Below, one piece after another: positions 14,501 through 26,775 of a stretch of DNA of 64,000 bases. Both the position numbers and the translations under genes were made by a program. This DNA is from Mytilus trossulus (taxonomy: Eukaryota): NCBI RefSeq assembly GCF_036588685.1, contig NC_086378.1, forward strand, positions 83,018,001-83,082,000, written 5' to 3'. The notes beneath the pieces are model-generated. The model was not told the DNA's origin, made no database searches, and saw only the letters and a list, made by a program, of their open reading frames with translations. The stretch's first letter is position 1. Every line of letters begins with the position of its first letter.

Positions 14501-15979
14501 GTTTAAGGCATAAATCATATTAATAGGCTTTTGTTTACTCTTCTTACGTAATACATTAAGAGATGTAAAAACCAAGTTTTCCCCTACGTTAATGCAAATA
14601 TTAGCTTTGTGTTATAAAAAGACAAATGTCAATACTATTGGTTAAATATTTTTAGAATATAAAATAATTCACTTGAGTACAACTCAACTAAACGATATAA
14701 AACAAAAACACTACCCACTGACACCTACACACAATCAAATATTTACGAAGTATCATTAAGTATTAATAAGATGTTTTGCCTTGAAAAGACGTCGCCTGAA
14801 ACACACATCACCGATTTAATATTTAATAAGTTAATCATATTCTCCGATATACAAATAGTCAAACTTTATAGACAAATATTATACACATATCTTACCAAAC
14901 TTATTCTGGAGCGAGATACTATTCTTGTTCTAATCAATGATAGTGAGATTTATCACAAAATATGAAATAACAAATGAAAAACGAAAGGTGATACACATGT
15001 TGGTATACAGAAGGGTTTGTATATTCTGATCTGCAGTCTACAAAAGTTCTGTATTTAAATAACCTCAACGTTATACACAGTGAAAACATTGTTCAAGATT
15101 AAACCCAATTGGCAGTTTGTATGATGAAGGTTACTTATCCTAAAACTAAGAATCAATATGTGCAGTGTGTCAAAGAGACATTAATTCGAAGCCACCAATG
15201 GGAGTTTAACACTGACAGATTTATTCTGCAGGCTAAATGGTATAACACCATATTCATCAACATCAAGAAAATCTTTTAATTTTCTTTCCAGGTAAATTTC
15301 TATTGTTTTTTTTTTCTTAATATTTACGGGGGTGACGGAGTTATCACCTTCCGTAACCCCTCTACACTTACAGCTGACGATACCTCCTAGCAATTAGAAT
15401 GTGCTCAATATTAAAACCATATTCGTAAAATTGATTCTAAAGGATAACGATTAAATATGTTTTCTAACAAAGGCTATGACTTTTTGCCAGTACTAAAACC
15501 AACCTGAAGCAATAACTAAATATTTGACCAATGTTTTGGCGTTGATAAATCTTAAAGTATTAGAAAAGGCAGAGCTTGTTTTAATAAAGTAATTTGCTGT
15601 ACTTGATGTAATTGATGTACGTGAACTCAAAACATGTTTTTAAAGGTTATATAGATGAACTATTGAATATGTCCATTATCAAGATCTTCGACTTAGTTAA
15701 GTGTTATGACTTTGTTTATTGTTATCGTGTTTCAGTTAAAAGTTCAGTAATGACATTTAAACCCCAACTTAGTTCCCTCATGACCAATAATATCAATCTT
15801 ACATTATAATGGTATTTTTGTAGTTCCTTGCAAGTAAATTAATTACATTGTTTTGTAGCTGAAGTTCAAAAGGAAAAAGACTCTCGAATGACAATCTTAA
15901 ACATATTTGTTGAGATGGTTTGATTGTTATTTTAGCAGAAAATTGCTGTTTTTGTCTGCTTTTTTGTTATATTTGTTTT

Positions 15980-16525
15980 ACGTGACTCAGTATTTATGTA
16001 TCCCGTCATACTTGAACGACAAAATTATTTTATATCTACCTGTGATAATTTCAAACGCGCAATTTTACACCAGTACTTTTAAAAAACTTCCATCCTTTAT
16101 GGGGGGATTTTTCATAGATAGATAAAATCGTAGAATTAAAGCAAAATGAGGATATTAATTAGATATATGCTTTTTGTGCTTCTTCGTTACATTTGTTGTT
16201 TTTATAGTGATTAAGATGATAACACAATGTTGACTACTGTACCCCTATTTTTTACATTTTCACCTGTTTAGTCTGTTTTGTTCACGCATCGTTGACAATA
16301 TAATGGAATTTGATCCGACTGTCATACAGGTGAGAGGTTAAGCTAGCTATAAAACCAGGTTCAATCCACCATTTAATACATTAGAAAATGCCTGTACCAA
16401 GTCAGGAATTTGACAGTTGTTATTCATTCGTTTGATGTGTTTGAACTTTTGATTTTGCCATTTGATTTGGGACTTTCCTGATTGAATTTTCCTCGGTGTT
16501 CAGTATTTTTGTGTTTTTACTTTTT
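15980..16525 (+). repeat. Dispersed repeat family C, long copy (unclassified)
   Basis: About 550 bp are colinear with 62724-63260. Its 3' part (aaaaccaggttcaatccacc...cctgtaccaagtcagg...gattttgccatttgat...) also occurs at ~625-760, 2560-2740 (-), 12200-12480, 24140-24300 (-), 27750-27965, 32155-32410 (-) and 33040-33250. Confidence 0.75.
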
Positions 16526-16599
16526 TCATAGATACCCAAAGTGCACATAACCTGGCTACCTTATTTTTGTACTAATATAAAACAAAATTGATGCAGCTC

Positions 16600-16950
16600 T
16601 TGCTCTAAGAAAAAGGTATCTTGCAAAGTTCTTCAATATCAATTCCTTTTATATACCGTAGATGTTCTGTCCCTGAATAATGCTCATTTCAATGAGTGCT
16701 AATATATACCAGTGAGTTGCAAGTTAATGATACTACCGAAAGTAGGAATCTCGTATTGGTCTTTTTTTCGTGTCCTATACAGATGGCCGTCTTCACAGTC
16801 GAATCGACGACATACTTAAAGATTATAACTATTCAACTGTCAATTTCCCATATCTGAGCGTAACATACCGTCTTTTACGTCGTAGTGTAGTTATTTATTT
16901 CTAAAATACTTTCCCCTTGTGCATGTTCACATTATATGAACTTATACCCA
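16600..16950 (+). pseudogene. Decayed Penelope-like element reverse transcriptase fragment
   Basis: Broken frames translate, in order, to DVLSLNN, ELQVNDTTES, DGRLHSRI, DYNYSTVNFPYLS, NIPS and ACSHYM. This matches the order of the Penelope-like RT C-terminal motifs (YIDD-L, IYDKRDDFNF-IVNFP-L-SNIP, RAC). Confidence 0.6.
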
Positions 16951-17912
16951 TTTTGCTACTTCTGAGGTTCTCTTTGTTTTTTTATTTTTTTTAACCTTGA
17001 TGTGTCTGTTCTTATAGGAGTGTCTTGATATCAAAATCTGTTTAATAATTACGATTGCCTTTATTTATTTGTGTAAAACCAAAGAAATGTTTTCTTCGTT
17101 AATTCTCAAATGAAAATTGTAATTGATTTAAATGCCATTGTCTCAGGCACAAATTCACATTTCAAGATGTAGATCTGACCAAAAAGATAATAGACGGAAA
17201 CGTTTGAAGATAAGAAATGAAATTATACCAAGTGCGTAGAAAGGAAAAAATAAAAGCGCAGTTGGATAATATTGTAGATCACTAACTGCCAAGGTATTGC
17301 TTACCTAATACTATCTATATATGTGTCTTTGTTAATTTCTGTTTGTGCATACATACAATTGAAAATTTTATAATTTACTACGTATTCAATGTCGACTCTT
17401 TCTTTCGTATACAACTATCTATTGTCTTAAAGTCATATAAAACGAGAGAGTGGTGAAAAATAACGTGTCCAGTTCTTTAACCAATGCATGTATACATCAT
17501 AAACTTAGTCCTCTGTGCACGATTTTATCATTATTTTCGCAAATATATCATATAATCGTCAATTTTTTCTCTCTGTTTGTTATGATTTAACAAATATGGT
17601 TGCTCATTAAATGCCGTGTTTTGAAGCCGAGTTTTACCGATTGTCACCTTATAGTAAACAAATCACAAAAAGCATATTGAGCACGTGTTTAACATGTATA
17701 ATCAGATATTTGTTTATTTAAATGACAGATTCATGCGTATTGTGGTCACCGGATTTTTACGAGGAGGGTTACGCTCGGGTCACTATGCATACGGAAAATA
17801 TGTCGGCGAATAACTTCCTGGAAGCAAGCAATTAAAAATAAGTAAACTTCTTCTAAATGTGGACAAATTAAAGAATTTTCCTCAGAAAAAAAGTATATGT
17901 ACATAACTTCTC

Positions 17913-18298
17913 ATGGACTTCTCTTGAACTGAATTTTAATGTGCGTATTGTTATTCTTTTACATTTCTACATTGGCTAGAAGTATAGGGGGAGGGTTGAG
18001 ATCTCATAAACATGTTTAACCCCGCCGCAATTTTGCGCCTGTCCCAAGTCAGGAGCCTCTGGCCTTTGTTAGTCTTGTATGATTTTAAATTTTAGTTTCT
18101 TGTGTATAATTCGGAGTTTAGTATGACGTCCATTATCACTGTACTATTATGCATATTTAAGGGGCCAGCTGAAGGACACCTACGGGTGCGGGAATTCTCG
18201 CTACATTGAAGACCCATTGGTTGCCTTCGGCTGTTGTTTGCTCTATGTTCGGGTGGTTGTCGCTTTGACATATTCACCATTTCCTTTCTCAATTTTAT
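17913..18298 (+). repeat. Dispersed SINE-like repeat (unclassified)
   Basis: A GC-richer block that shares aaacatgtttaaccccgcc...cctgtcccaagtcaggagcct with 38200-38260 and 42175-42225. Confidence 0.55.
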
Positions 18299-19684
18299 TA
18301 TAAGTTGTATAATGAAAACTATCCATTTAGTTTTAAAAAACATATGCATATTTGTTTTTAATTTGAGGTTTGTAATGACTTGAACTGTTACCACAAGTGT
18401 CAATGGTTGCTGATCTATCAGGTAGAACATTTTATTTTGTCTTTTTTTTTGTTGCTGATAATTTAACTAGCTAAAATCATAATATGAGTAATTTTTTGTA
18501 GCTACATAAGTGTAATTCTCTTAGTTTATCAAAATATAGGAATCAGGAAGAATCATTTTTTTTTCGATTTGCGTTTCTGTTTATTGACCGAAATATAGTC
18601 GTCGAAATTGGTAGGTATTTTGTAGTATTCAATAAACTCATCATAGATATCAGGATTTAAATTTATCAACTTTAACCTGAAACAATCATACCTACATTTA
18701 TAAAAACTATTGTATTTAATTAGACTATTACCTTTACAATTTTTATTGTTTATTAAGTAGAAATTCATAATGTCAGTTATTGTCACTTAGCTACTGTTGG
18801 AATCTAAATAACACATTTTAATTGGATTTGTCTGTGGTAGATGAATAATCGTCCTGACCGATTGGTACATTAATTACAGCATACCTTTTTGAGAATAACT
18901 ATAATCAACGGGTGCTTTTTATGTCTTTATTGGCAAACAATGCAACTAATAGAAAATTTAACCTATAAAATTGATAAATTTACAGTTTTGTCTTTGTTAT
19001 GCTGTATTATTTCTTTGTATTGATAATTTTTCACACATCGGTTTATTAAGAATTCAATAAATTAACGTTGATGTAATGAACCGGGATTGTAATTATAATC
19101 ATGTATTCATGCTATTTAATTAAAGGATCTTATTTCCCATTAAAATGGGATGGTTTATATGATGCTGTTAGACGATTAAGAGGACACTTTTATTTTATCA
19201 TATTGAGTATTAATGAGGTATGATATGCATTGATCTTTTTTATTCAAAAGTGGCAATGACTCCAAGATAATTTCAGAGGAGAAATATTCAGTCCATTTCT
19301 ATATTCTACAGTTGTATGCCCACGTATAATTGTGATTTATTCAACTTTATTAACAGAACAAAACAAAGATCACACAAGAGATTGTATAATGATGAATTTA
19401 AAATTATCGTTTTTAATCTTAATGTACCTGTATACTAAATAATAATTTTAGGGTCAAAGTTATTACGAAGTTAATGGTGTCATATCCCTTAATATTACTC
19501 TGTGTTGTATTTTTTTAGGAGGTTTACCTTACAATTATGTAAACGTCGATACAAAGTGTTCCCAAATAAATATTATTTCACTAGTTGTTATTTACTATTT
19601 TTTTTTATTTGTAAGGACGGAATACATTATCAACCACGGTAATAAATGTGACTTATTCAGTATATTTCTTGATTCGATATGGTA

Positions 19685-19880
19685 CTAATAAAATTAACGG
19701 TACCAATTTTCTAGCACTAGATGCGCATTTCGACAATGCATGTCTCTTCACTGATGCTCGAGGCCAAAATATTTGAAATCCAAAGCATATATAAAAGATA
19801 AAGAGCTATAGTACAAAAAGTCCAAAAAGTATAGCCAAATCCGTGAAAGGAATCAAAGCTTTGTATGAGGGAGATACATT
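19685..19880 (-). mobile_element. Second hammerhead-bearing repeat family (HH-B) with one core substitution
   Basis: The minus strand reads gagcatca gTGAAGA gaca-tgcat-tgtc GAAA tgcgca TC tagtgc. Related copies lie at ~7527-7575, 11129-11177, 31345-31385 (+) and 39290-39340 (-). Confidence 0.65.
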
Positions 19881-21487
19881 CTAAACAACGGCTGTAAATT
19901 CTGGTAAAAAGCATCTGCTTGATGTTGCAGTTGTACTTTTTGCATTGCAATTTACCATGTAAACTTAACAGACAAAACATGGGTTTATTTACTATAAAAG
20001 TAACGAAATGATAAATGCTTTACAATGACCTTATTGTTAAATGAATAGGAGTAAAACAAAGGAACTATGTACGGAAAAGTCTGTGTAACTTTAATTTGAT
20101 ATCAGGAGTATGACGACATTGACAGGTAAACTTAGTATTGTCAACATTTAGGATGTTCGCTATTCTCTCTCAAAATATAAAGCTTTTTAAAAGACTGTTA
20201 TGAAGTGTTAGTATATAAAGAAAAAATAGAAAAAAACAAAAAACGAAAAAAATAAGGGTCTTTGTGCTTGTTTTCCAGTTAATTTTATTCTGTTCATTTC
20301 TAAAACTACTTGAAACAGGAATATTTAGTTGTCCAAGGTCGTTGGCTTATTGATGTATACCACATCGCAATTAATTACTACATATGGATGATTTAGACAA
20401 CTGAAAAGAAATCCCAATAGAACTTAAAGATACCCTTGAAGACAACTGAAAACAAAACATAAACAGAACTTTAGCTTACACGCATTGTCTTGTGGCAAAC
20501 AGACACTTCAAATAGGTCATTGCATATTTTTCCCGCCTGTTTATTTGACACCAAATACTGATTTGATACAAATTGTATAAAACAGAAACAATATATAAAA
20601 ATCGAATAAGAAACCATTATCACAATCAACATTTCGGGAAAAACCAACTCCTTTGATATTATGTTAAATGATGGTGTATAGATTAAAAAAACTTTCAAAT
20701 GAAATAACTGTTTTATAAAGCTAAAGAGGATGAATATCACAAAACCACGTATAAATTTAGTTAGCGCTGAATGTCGAGTCTCGCAATATGACGTCAAACT
20801 ATATGGTCTTTCGTTACGATTAAAGTATGTCCGATGTAAATTAGATTGTTCAATTCAAGCTATATACTGATATACCGTACATGATCATCAACGTAATAGA
20901 CTTTTTTTATCGACTACATACAGTTGTCAAGTTTGGTGGATGGATATTTAAAAAAAGCAAGAATTGGTGTTAATCGTGCATCACTGCTGGCCGATGCTTT
21001 AAATTAAATGTAGCAGAAATTATATTTAACCTGTACTAATACAAACAGAAAATGTATATTTCAAACTATTAATTTTTCGTTCAAAGTATTTATCTATCAA
21101 TTCGAGTCATCTCTTTTGGTATTGATAGAAAATAGTCAATATTATAATTTTATAAATAATACAATACTCATTAGCTCATAATATCCACATATATATATAT
21201 ATGTATATTAGAAATACAACATGATTGAACTAATTTTCATTAACACATGGTCTACATGTATTGTAGTCGTCGTGAACTTTTGTTAGTTTCAATGCTTGAC
21301 ATTTCCCTGTGTTAGGCGAGTGCTTTGTATGTACAATTACCATCGCAATAACTCTTTTGAATGATCCATAGGTGTCCTGCATGTGTCCTCAATTATCCAT
21401 TTGTAAGTCATATTTCTGAGTTGAACTACTCTGTAGAAAATATCTAATTGTATTTTCGTGTGTTTTCATTAGTTTGGTGTATTTGAG

Positions 21488-21790
21488 CTTTTGATTTTTC
21501 CATTTGATAAGGAACTTTACCTTTTGATTTTTCCATTTGATGAGGGAGTTTACCTTTTGATTCTTCCATTTGATAAGGAACTTCACCGTTTGATTTTTCC
21601 ATGTGATAAGGGACTTTATCTTTTGATTTTTCCATATCATAAGGGACTTTACCTTTTGATTTTTCCATGTGATAAGGGACTTTACCTTTTGATTTTTCCA
21701 TGTGAAAAGGCACTTTATCTTTTGATTTTTCCATGTGATAAGGGACTTTACCTTTTGATTTTTCCATTTGATAAGGGACTTTCCTTTTGA
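21488..21790. repeat. 33-bp minisatellite, ~9 copies
   Basis: The unit is cttttgatttttccatgtgataagggactttac. It explains the 11-aa periodic ORFs in three frames. Confidence 0.95.
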
Positions 21791-24700
21791 TATGTCTTTT
21801 TATTTTACGTTTTCTGTCATGAGAATGTTTATTTTGGAGGGAAAAACAGTTCATCTTACTAAATTAATCTTTCATTTGGTCACTTGTAGAGAGTTGTCTC
21901 ATTAACAATTATGCCACATTTTCTTTAGAAATATTGTCAAATAATTCAAAATATCAACTCTATGTGCTTGTCTCGATTCTGCTGATGTACCATGAACTCA
22001 CTTACTACGATTAGTTATCTACGTTGTTTTTCCATAAAAAAACATTACAACTTCGTTATAATGGCGTATATAATTCGTTCAGTATTACAAAATGATACTC
22101 AAAGGGTGCAAACACATTTATAAATTTTTATGGAAAAAATAAACAGAATATTCGAAAGAAGTCCCGAAAAAAACCGTCAACCTATATATAAACGTACTGA
22201 TGCCAGAATGACAGAAGATTAGTTTTATTGTGAGTTTATTTCAATCACAATATTCTCGCGATTTGGTTCTAGGTGAGACAGTATAGTGTTAATTAAACAA
22301 ATTCAAGGTGTGTACTTGCGGCATTAATCATGGTGTCCGCGAAATAGTTCACAATCTGCAAATAATCGTCAACAAATAACATTATTAAAGTAACATTTGT
22401 AGTCGTCATTGGTACTTTTTTAACTTGTGCTATATTTTTAATCAGAATAATTTAGGCAAAACATGTCATCGTACATAGTATGCCAGAGTGGCGTTTCATC
22501 TGCATACGATTCGTCAGTAGCCTTCGAAACAAACACATTCATTTGGTAAAATCAATTACAAAAAGTTGTAAAATAGCTCGATTATGCCTAAGGTTATAAA
22601 AGCCTTAAGAACTGATTTTATTTTAAATATTTCAGAAGAAAGATTTAAAAATAAATGATCGTATCAATAAAGTTTCATACCTGCACTGAAGCTCTAACTA
22701 ACTTGCGGGGTTTAATCATCTACTTTTACATTCTTTCTAAATAAATATTTCATATGATTTCGTTAATCAAATTCACCAATTTGTAACAGAAGAGCGTTTA
22801 TTCTTCATAAAAAGTATAAGCAGGGCGTATTTAAACATAATGAAACAGTTGAAAGATCAAAGTAAAAACCGAGTGACAAAAAAAAGAATGAAAACCCAAC
22901 TCTCCAGTTCAGGTATAACTACTTAAATGCAGAATGCAAAAGTGATTTAAGTAAAATGATAATCATAATGTAAGTATAAAATGAAAATAACACCATTAAT
23001 TGTATACATCCGAATCTTTCTGAAGTTATTTTCATCAATAATACTTTAAGCCATAGCTTTGAAAGACGGATGCATACATTTCGTTCAAACCATGCTAATG
23101 AAGAACAATACGACCTCGGGGACCTAAAAGAAACAAACTATTGTGCCCAAGGGTGGGGTTTCATTGCCAATGAGACAAATCTCAACAAAAGACTACATGT
23201 CATAGAAATTAACAATTAAATGTCACCGTACGGCCTACAATAATGAGCATAACCTATTTAGCATAGGACATTTATTGTTATGAGAGACAAATAAAGGCAA
23301 CAGTAATAAACCTCAGTTCAAAAGTCAAAAATGGTTGAAAGAAAACAAATACAGATAATACACTAAAACCGAGGGAAACACGGCAACACTAAGCTTAGAG
23401 GAAAACAAACGTTTCTATCTAGATTTATTGGTACCTTTTATTACGCATCATAAAAGAGCTGTTTCGCGTATTGAGAACTTAACACATCAGAAAAGATTAT
23501 CCCGTCTTATTGCGGTCGGTAAAGTACGATGGTAATACTGCAAATCTTTACAAAAGTAACGATTGTTGCAGATATATATATATGCGATAATGCATATTGT
23601 GAGCTTAAGGTTCACTTTGTCGTATAACCCACCGAAGGGTGTCAGGATTAACTTAATCGTAATTTTTTTGTGAAACCGACTATTCGAAAACCTTAAAATA
23701 TGCATCATCTATAACATATTTTTATTTGTGATTGTTCATGGCTTATTTTGTCCGTTTAGTTATCGATTAGCATTTAGCTACAGAGTAACATATACGCATG
23801 CATTTAGATTAAATGTTGTGCAGTTATACAACGTTCACTGTTTCATTTAAATCGCACGGTTAAACTGTGGTTTCTTGATTATGTGTAGAATAAGGATCTG
23901 GTCGTTAGGTAAAGTGTTTAATACATGCTTCAATCATTGACGTCTATTGTCAAAGATATGACCTGATATTGCTTATTGTTAATTAACAGAACTTCATTGT
24001 AAAATAATCAATTTTGTTGTTATATTTATTAATATGTGTATGGTAGATAGTTTGACAATATATACTGTAGTTCTCTTAAAAGCCAGTATTATACAGAGGT
24101 ACACATCTTATCAATAACATTATGTTAGTTTCTAGCATTTAAAAAGTAAATGCGAACTCGAAGGAAAATTATAAAAAAAACCCCGGAAAGTCCATTATCA
24201 AATGATTAAATAAAAAGTTCAAATACACCAAACGAATGAAAAAGAATTGTCGTATTTATACTTGATACAGGCAAATCCTTATTTAGAAAACGGTGAATTA
24301 AAGCCAATTTTACCTTTTTGTCTTGCTTGTTTTTCTTCACTCCTTTCGAGTCAATTAACTGTGTTATATTTATAAACTATTGTTCATTTTACTTTATTCT
24401 GGTCGTCGCATGAATATTCTTGAAGCCGCGTAATATCAAAGTTTAATAATTATTCATTAATATTAAATGGACAACTATTTTCTAGAGTATGAAATAATCG
24501 GGTAGACAACATTTCAGATTGTCATATTCAAACGACGCAGTATTGATTTTAAAATACATAATTGATGCTAGTTTCTTTTAAAATTGTATAACTTGGATGG
24601 TAATACGCTGTTTTCCCATTGACAATCACTGTATTCGTTTCCATTTTAAGAATATGGATAGAACACATATAAAGATCAAGAAGATACAACGTATTTTGTA

Positions 24701-25597
24701 TTTGTTCAGAAGGAGCATCCGTAATTCAAAATTTAATATAATATATGAGCGGTTTTATTTTGAAATGCTGAATTTTTAAATTTAATTTATAAGGTCTATT
24801 GCAAGGCAGTTTGATGAACAATATGAAATTATATGACAAAAAAAAGAAAGGTCATCTAGAGGTTAACACGCGGATTTCTAGATGGAAGAGTATCTATACA
24901 ATATTTCAAGTTATAAATTGCTGAGAGTCTCAATATACTTAAATTGTAATTAAGATATAAAGATGGAATAACATGTAATTTGGAACATGGTATCAAAAGT
25001 TATATATTAATGATATATATATGTAAATACTAAAACTAAAAATCAAATTATGATATTGAAATAGATGCCTAGATTCAGTAACCATAGATTTATCAATGAC
25101 GTCAAATTAGCCATTCATGACATCTGACATAATTGTATTGACATATCGAATGTCATTAACACATGGACATAGGATAATTATGAAGAGAATGTTTAGGTAT
25201 CGCTTCATGCTTTTAAATATGTAAGTATTATGCAATTGAACATATTTTACCGATAATTAATTTAAACATAGTAAAAATGTAAAATTTTACTTATATCAAT
25301 AACAATGATAAAAATATATTTAATGATAATGATATTACTGATTTCAATAATAAAGAGAAAGCAAATATTTAAAAATAATATTAATAATGATAATTATGAT
25401 GAAAAAGAAATTTAATTATAATATCAAAAACAATAATCATGATAATAGTAATAATAAATAATGATAAAACTTGTTATATTGATGAAAATTATATTTCATA
25501 TAATAGGTTAACTTTATAATCGTTTCAGTAATCCGAAACAAACATGCAAAATAATTTGTTTTTAATTTAGGTAAAAATCCAATAACTATATTTAGAT

Positions 25598-25656
25598 ATG
25601 GCGGAATTATTTATGAATGAGGAGGGAAGAAAGTTACAAAATAATGATTTCGACAG
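25598..25656 (+). CDS. Candidate first coding exon of the GPCR (MAELFMNEEGRKLQNNDFD)
   Basis: tttag acceptors end at 25570 and 25595, ATG is at 25598, and there is a strong CAG|GTAAGA donor at 25657. The phase-2 exit matches the phase-2 acceptor at 42538 (AG+A = Arg, then Gln-Met-Asp). Confidence 0.4.
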
Positions 25657-26374
25657 GTAAGACAAATTTACAACAATGAAATTACTTGCCGGAAACTAAT
25701 GAAAGGTGCAGTAAGCACACATTCAAAAAAGTGTGTACTGCCCTTAGATTTACAAAAATCAAGAGAATATTTTTACCATTTGTTTTAAGATTGAATATAC
25801 CCATGTCACCATCAACATGTGGATAACCAAATCTTTGGAAGTTTTATTTTTATAAGTTGTTAATTGAATAGGTAACATTTTTTTTAGAAACTAGCTTAAT
25901 GAGAACAAAATGTAGCACGCGGTGATTAGGGGCTTAAAAAACAAATTGCATGGACTTCCTAATCGAATTTCATAAATGACAAAACAAAATCGCAATTATT
26001 GTATTAATGTTCTCGAAAAAGGTAATGTTGGAACTTGATAAAAAGCGATAAACTTACTACATCTCCGATAAATTTGAACCGAACGATAATTGATAATGTT
26101 AACATTTTATCGGTTGTAACGAAAAAAAATGAATTGCTTCTATGCATGCAACCAAAAATAGTGTAATGGAAGAGATTCATTATTATTATTATTCAAGGAT
26201 ATGTTATTTGTATTATCTATTGAATTTTTAATGATTTAAATAACAATTCATGATATACCTGGTTTCTATGTAGTACAACTTATGTTAAGGTATGAACACT
26301 TAGCAAACTGGTTGTCTGAACATATTGACGACATTTGAAGCAATCATTTTCAAAAGGAGATAGTATAATTTTGT

Positions 26375-26550
26375 TTTTGGCAAAACGTTTAGGAATTTTT
26401 ATCCTAAATGCTCTTCAGCTTTGTGCTATATTTAGCCTATTTTTTTTTTTTGAATTCGAGCATGACTGAAGAATCTTGTGTAGACGAAACGCGCGTCTGG
26501 CGTTATTAATACAAAATTTTAATTCTGGTATATTTGATGAGTTTATTTAT
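26375..26550 (+). mobile_element. Retrozyme-like repeat fragment (HH-A) with hammerhead at 26458-26503
   Basis: CTGAAGA atct-tgtgt-agac GAAA cgcgcg TC tggcg. The stem II closing pair is mismatched. Confidence 0.65.
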
Positions 26551-26626
26551 AAAGCCTTTGAATCGGATCAATGTCTAAAAAGGTATTTCATGTGTCGAAT
26601 TACTTTTCTTAATTGTATCATGAATA

Positions 26627-26775
26627 TTCTCAATGATGTTACGATGATGGTTAATATAGTCCAGTTGTATCATCACTATTCTCAATGATTATATGATGAT
26701 GGTACATACAGTCAAGTTGAAAACATCATGACTATTCTCAATGATTCTATGATGATGGTTAATACAGTCAAGTTT
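26627..26775. repeat. Degenerate ~52-56-bp tandem repeat, 3 copies
   Basis: attctcaatgat...tgatggt...agtcaagtt, with small variations, occurs three times. Confidence 0.7.

Noticed and set aside
21488-21790. CRISPR-like array
   Set aside because: The units are contiguous with no unique spacers, no cas genes are present and the context is eukaryotic.
21389-21854. Repetitive ORFs in three frames
   Set aside because: By-product of the 33-bp minisatellite.
23605-23696. TTAA-GGTT...AACC-TTAA mini element
   Set aside because: The inverted repeat is only ~4 bp and there is no second copy.
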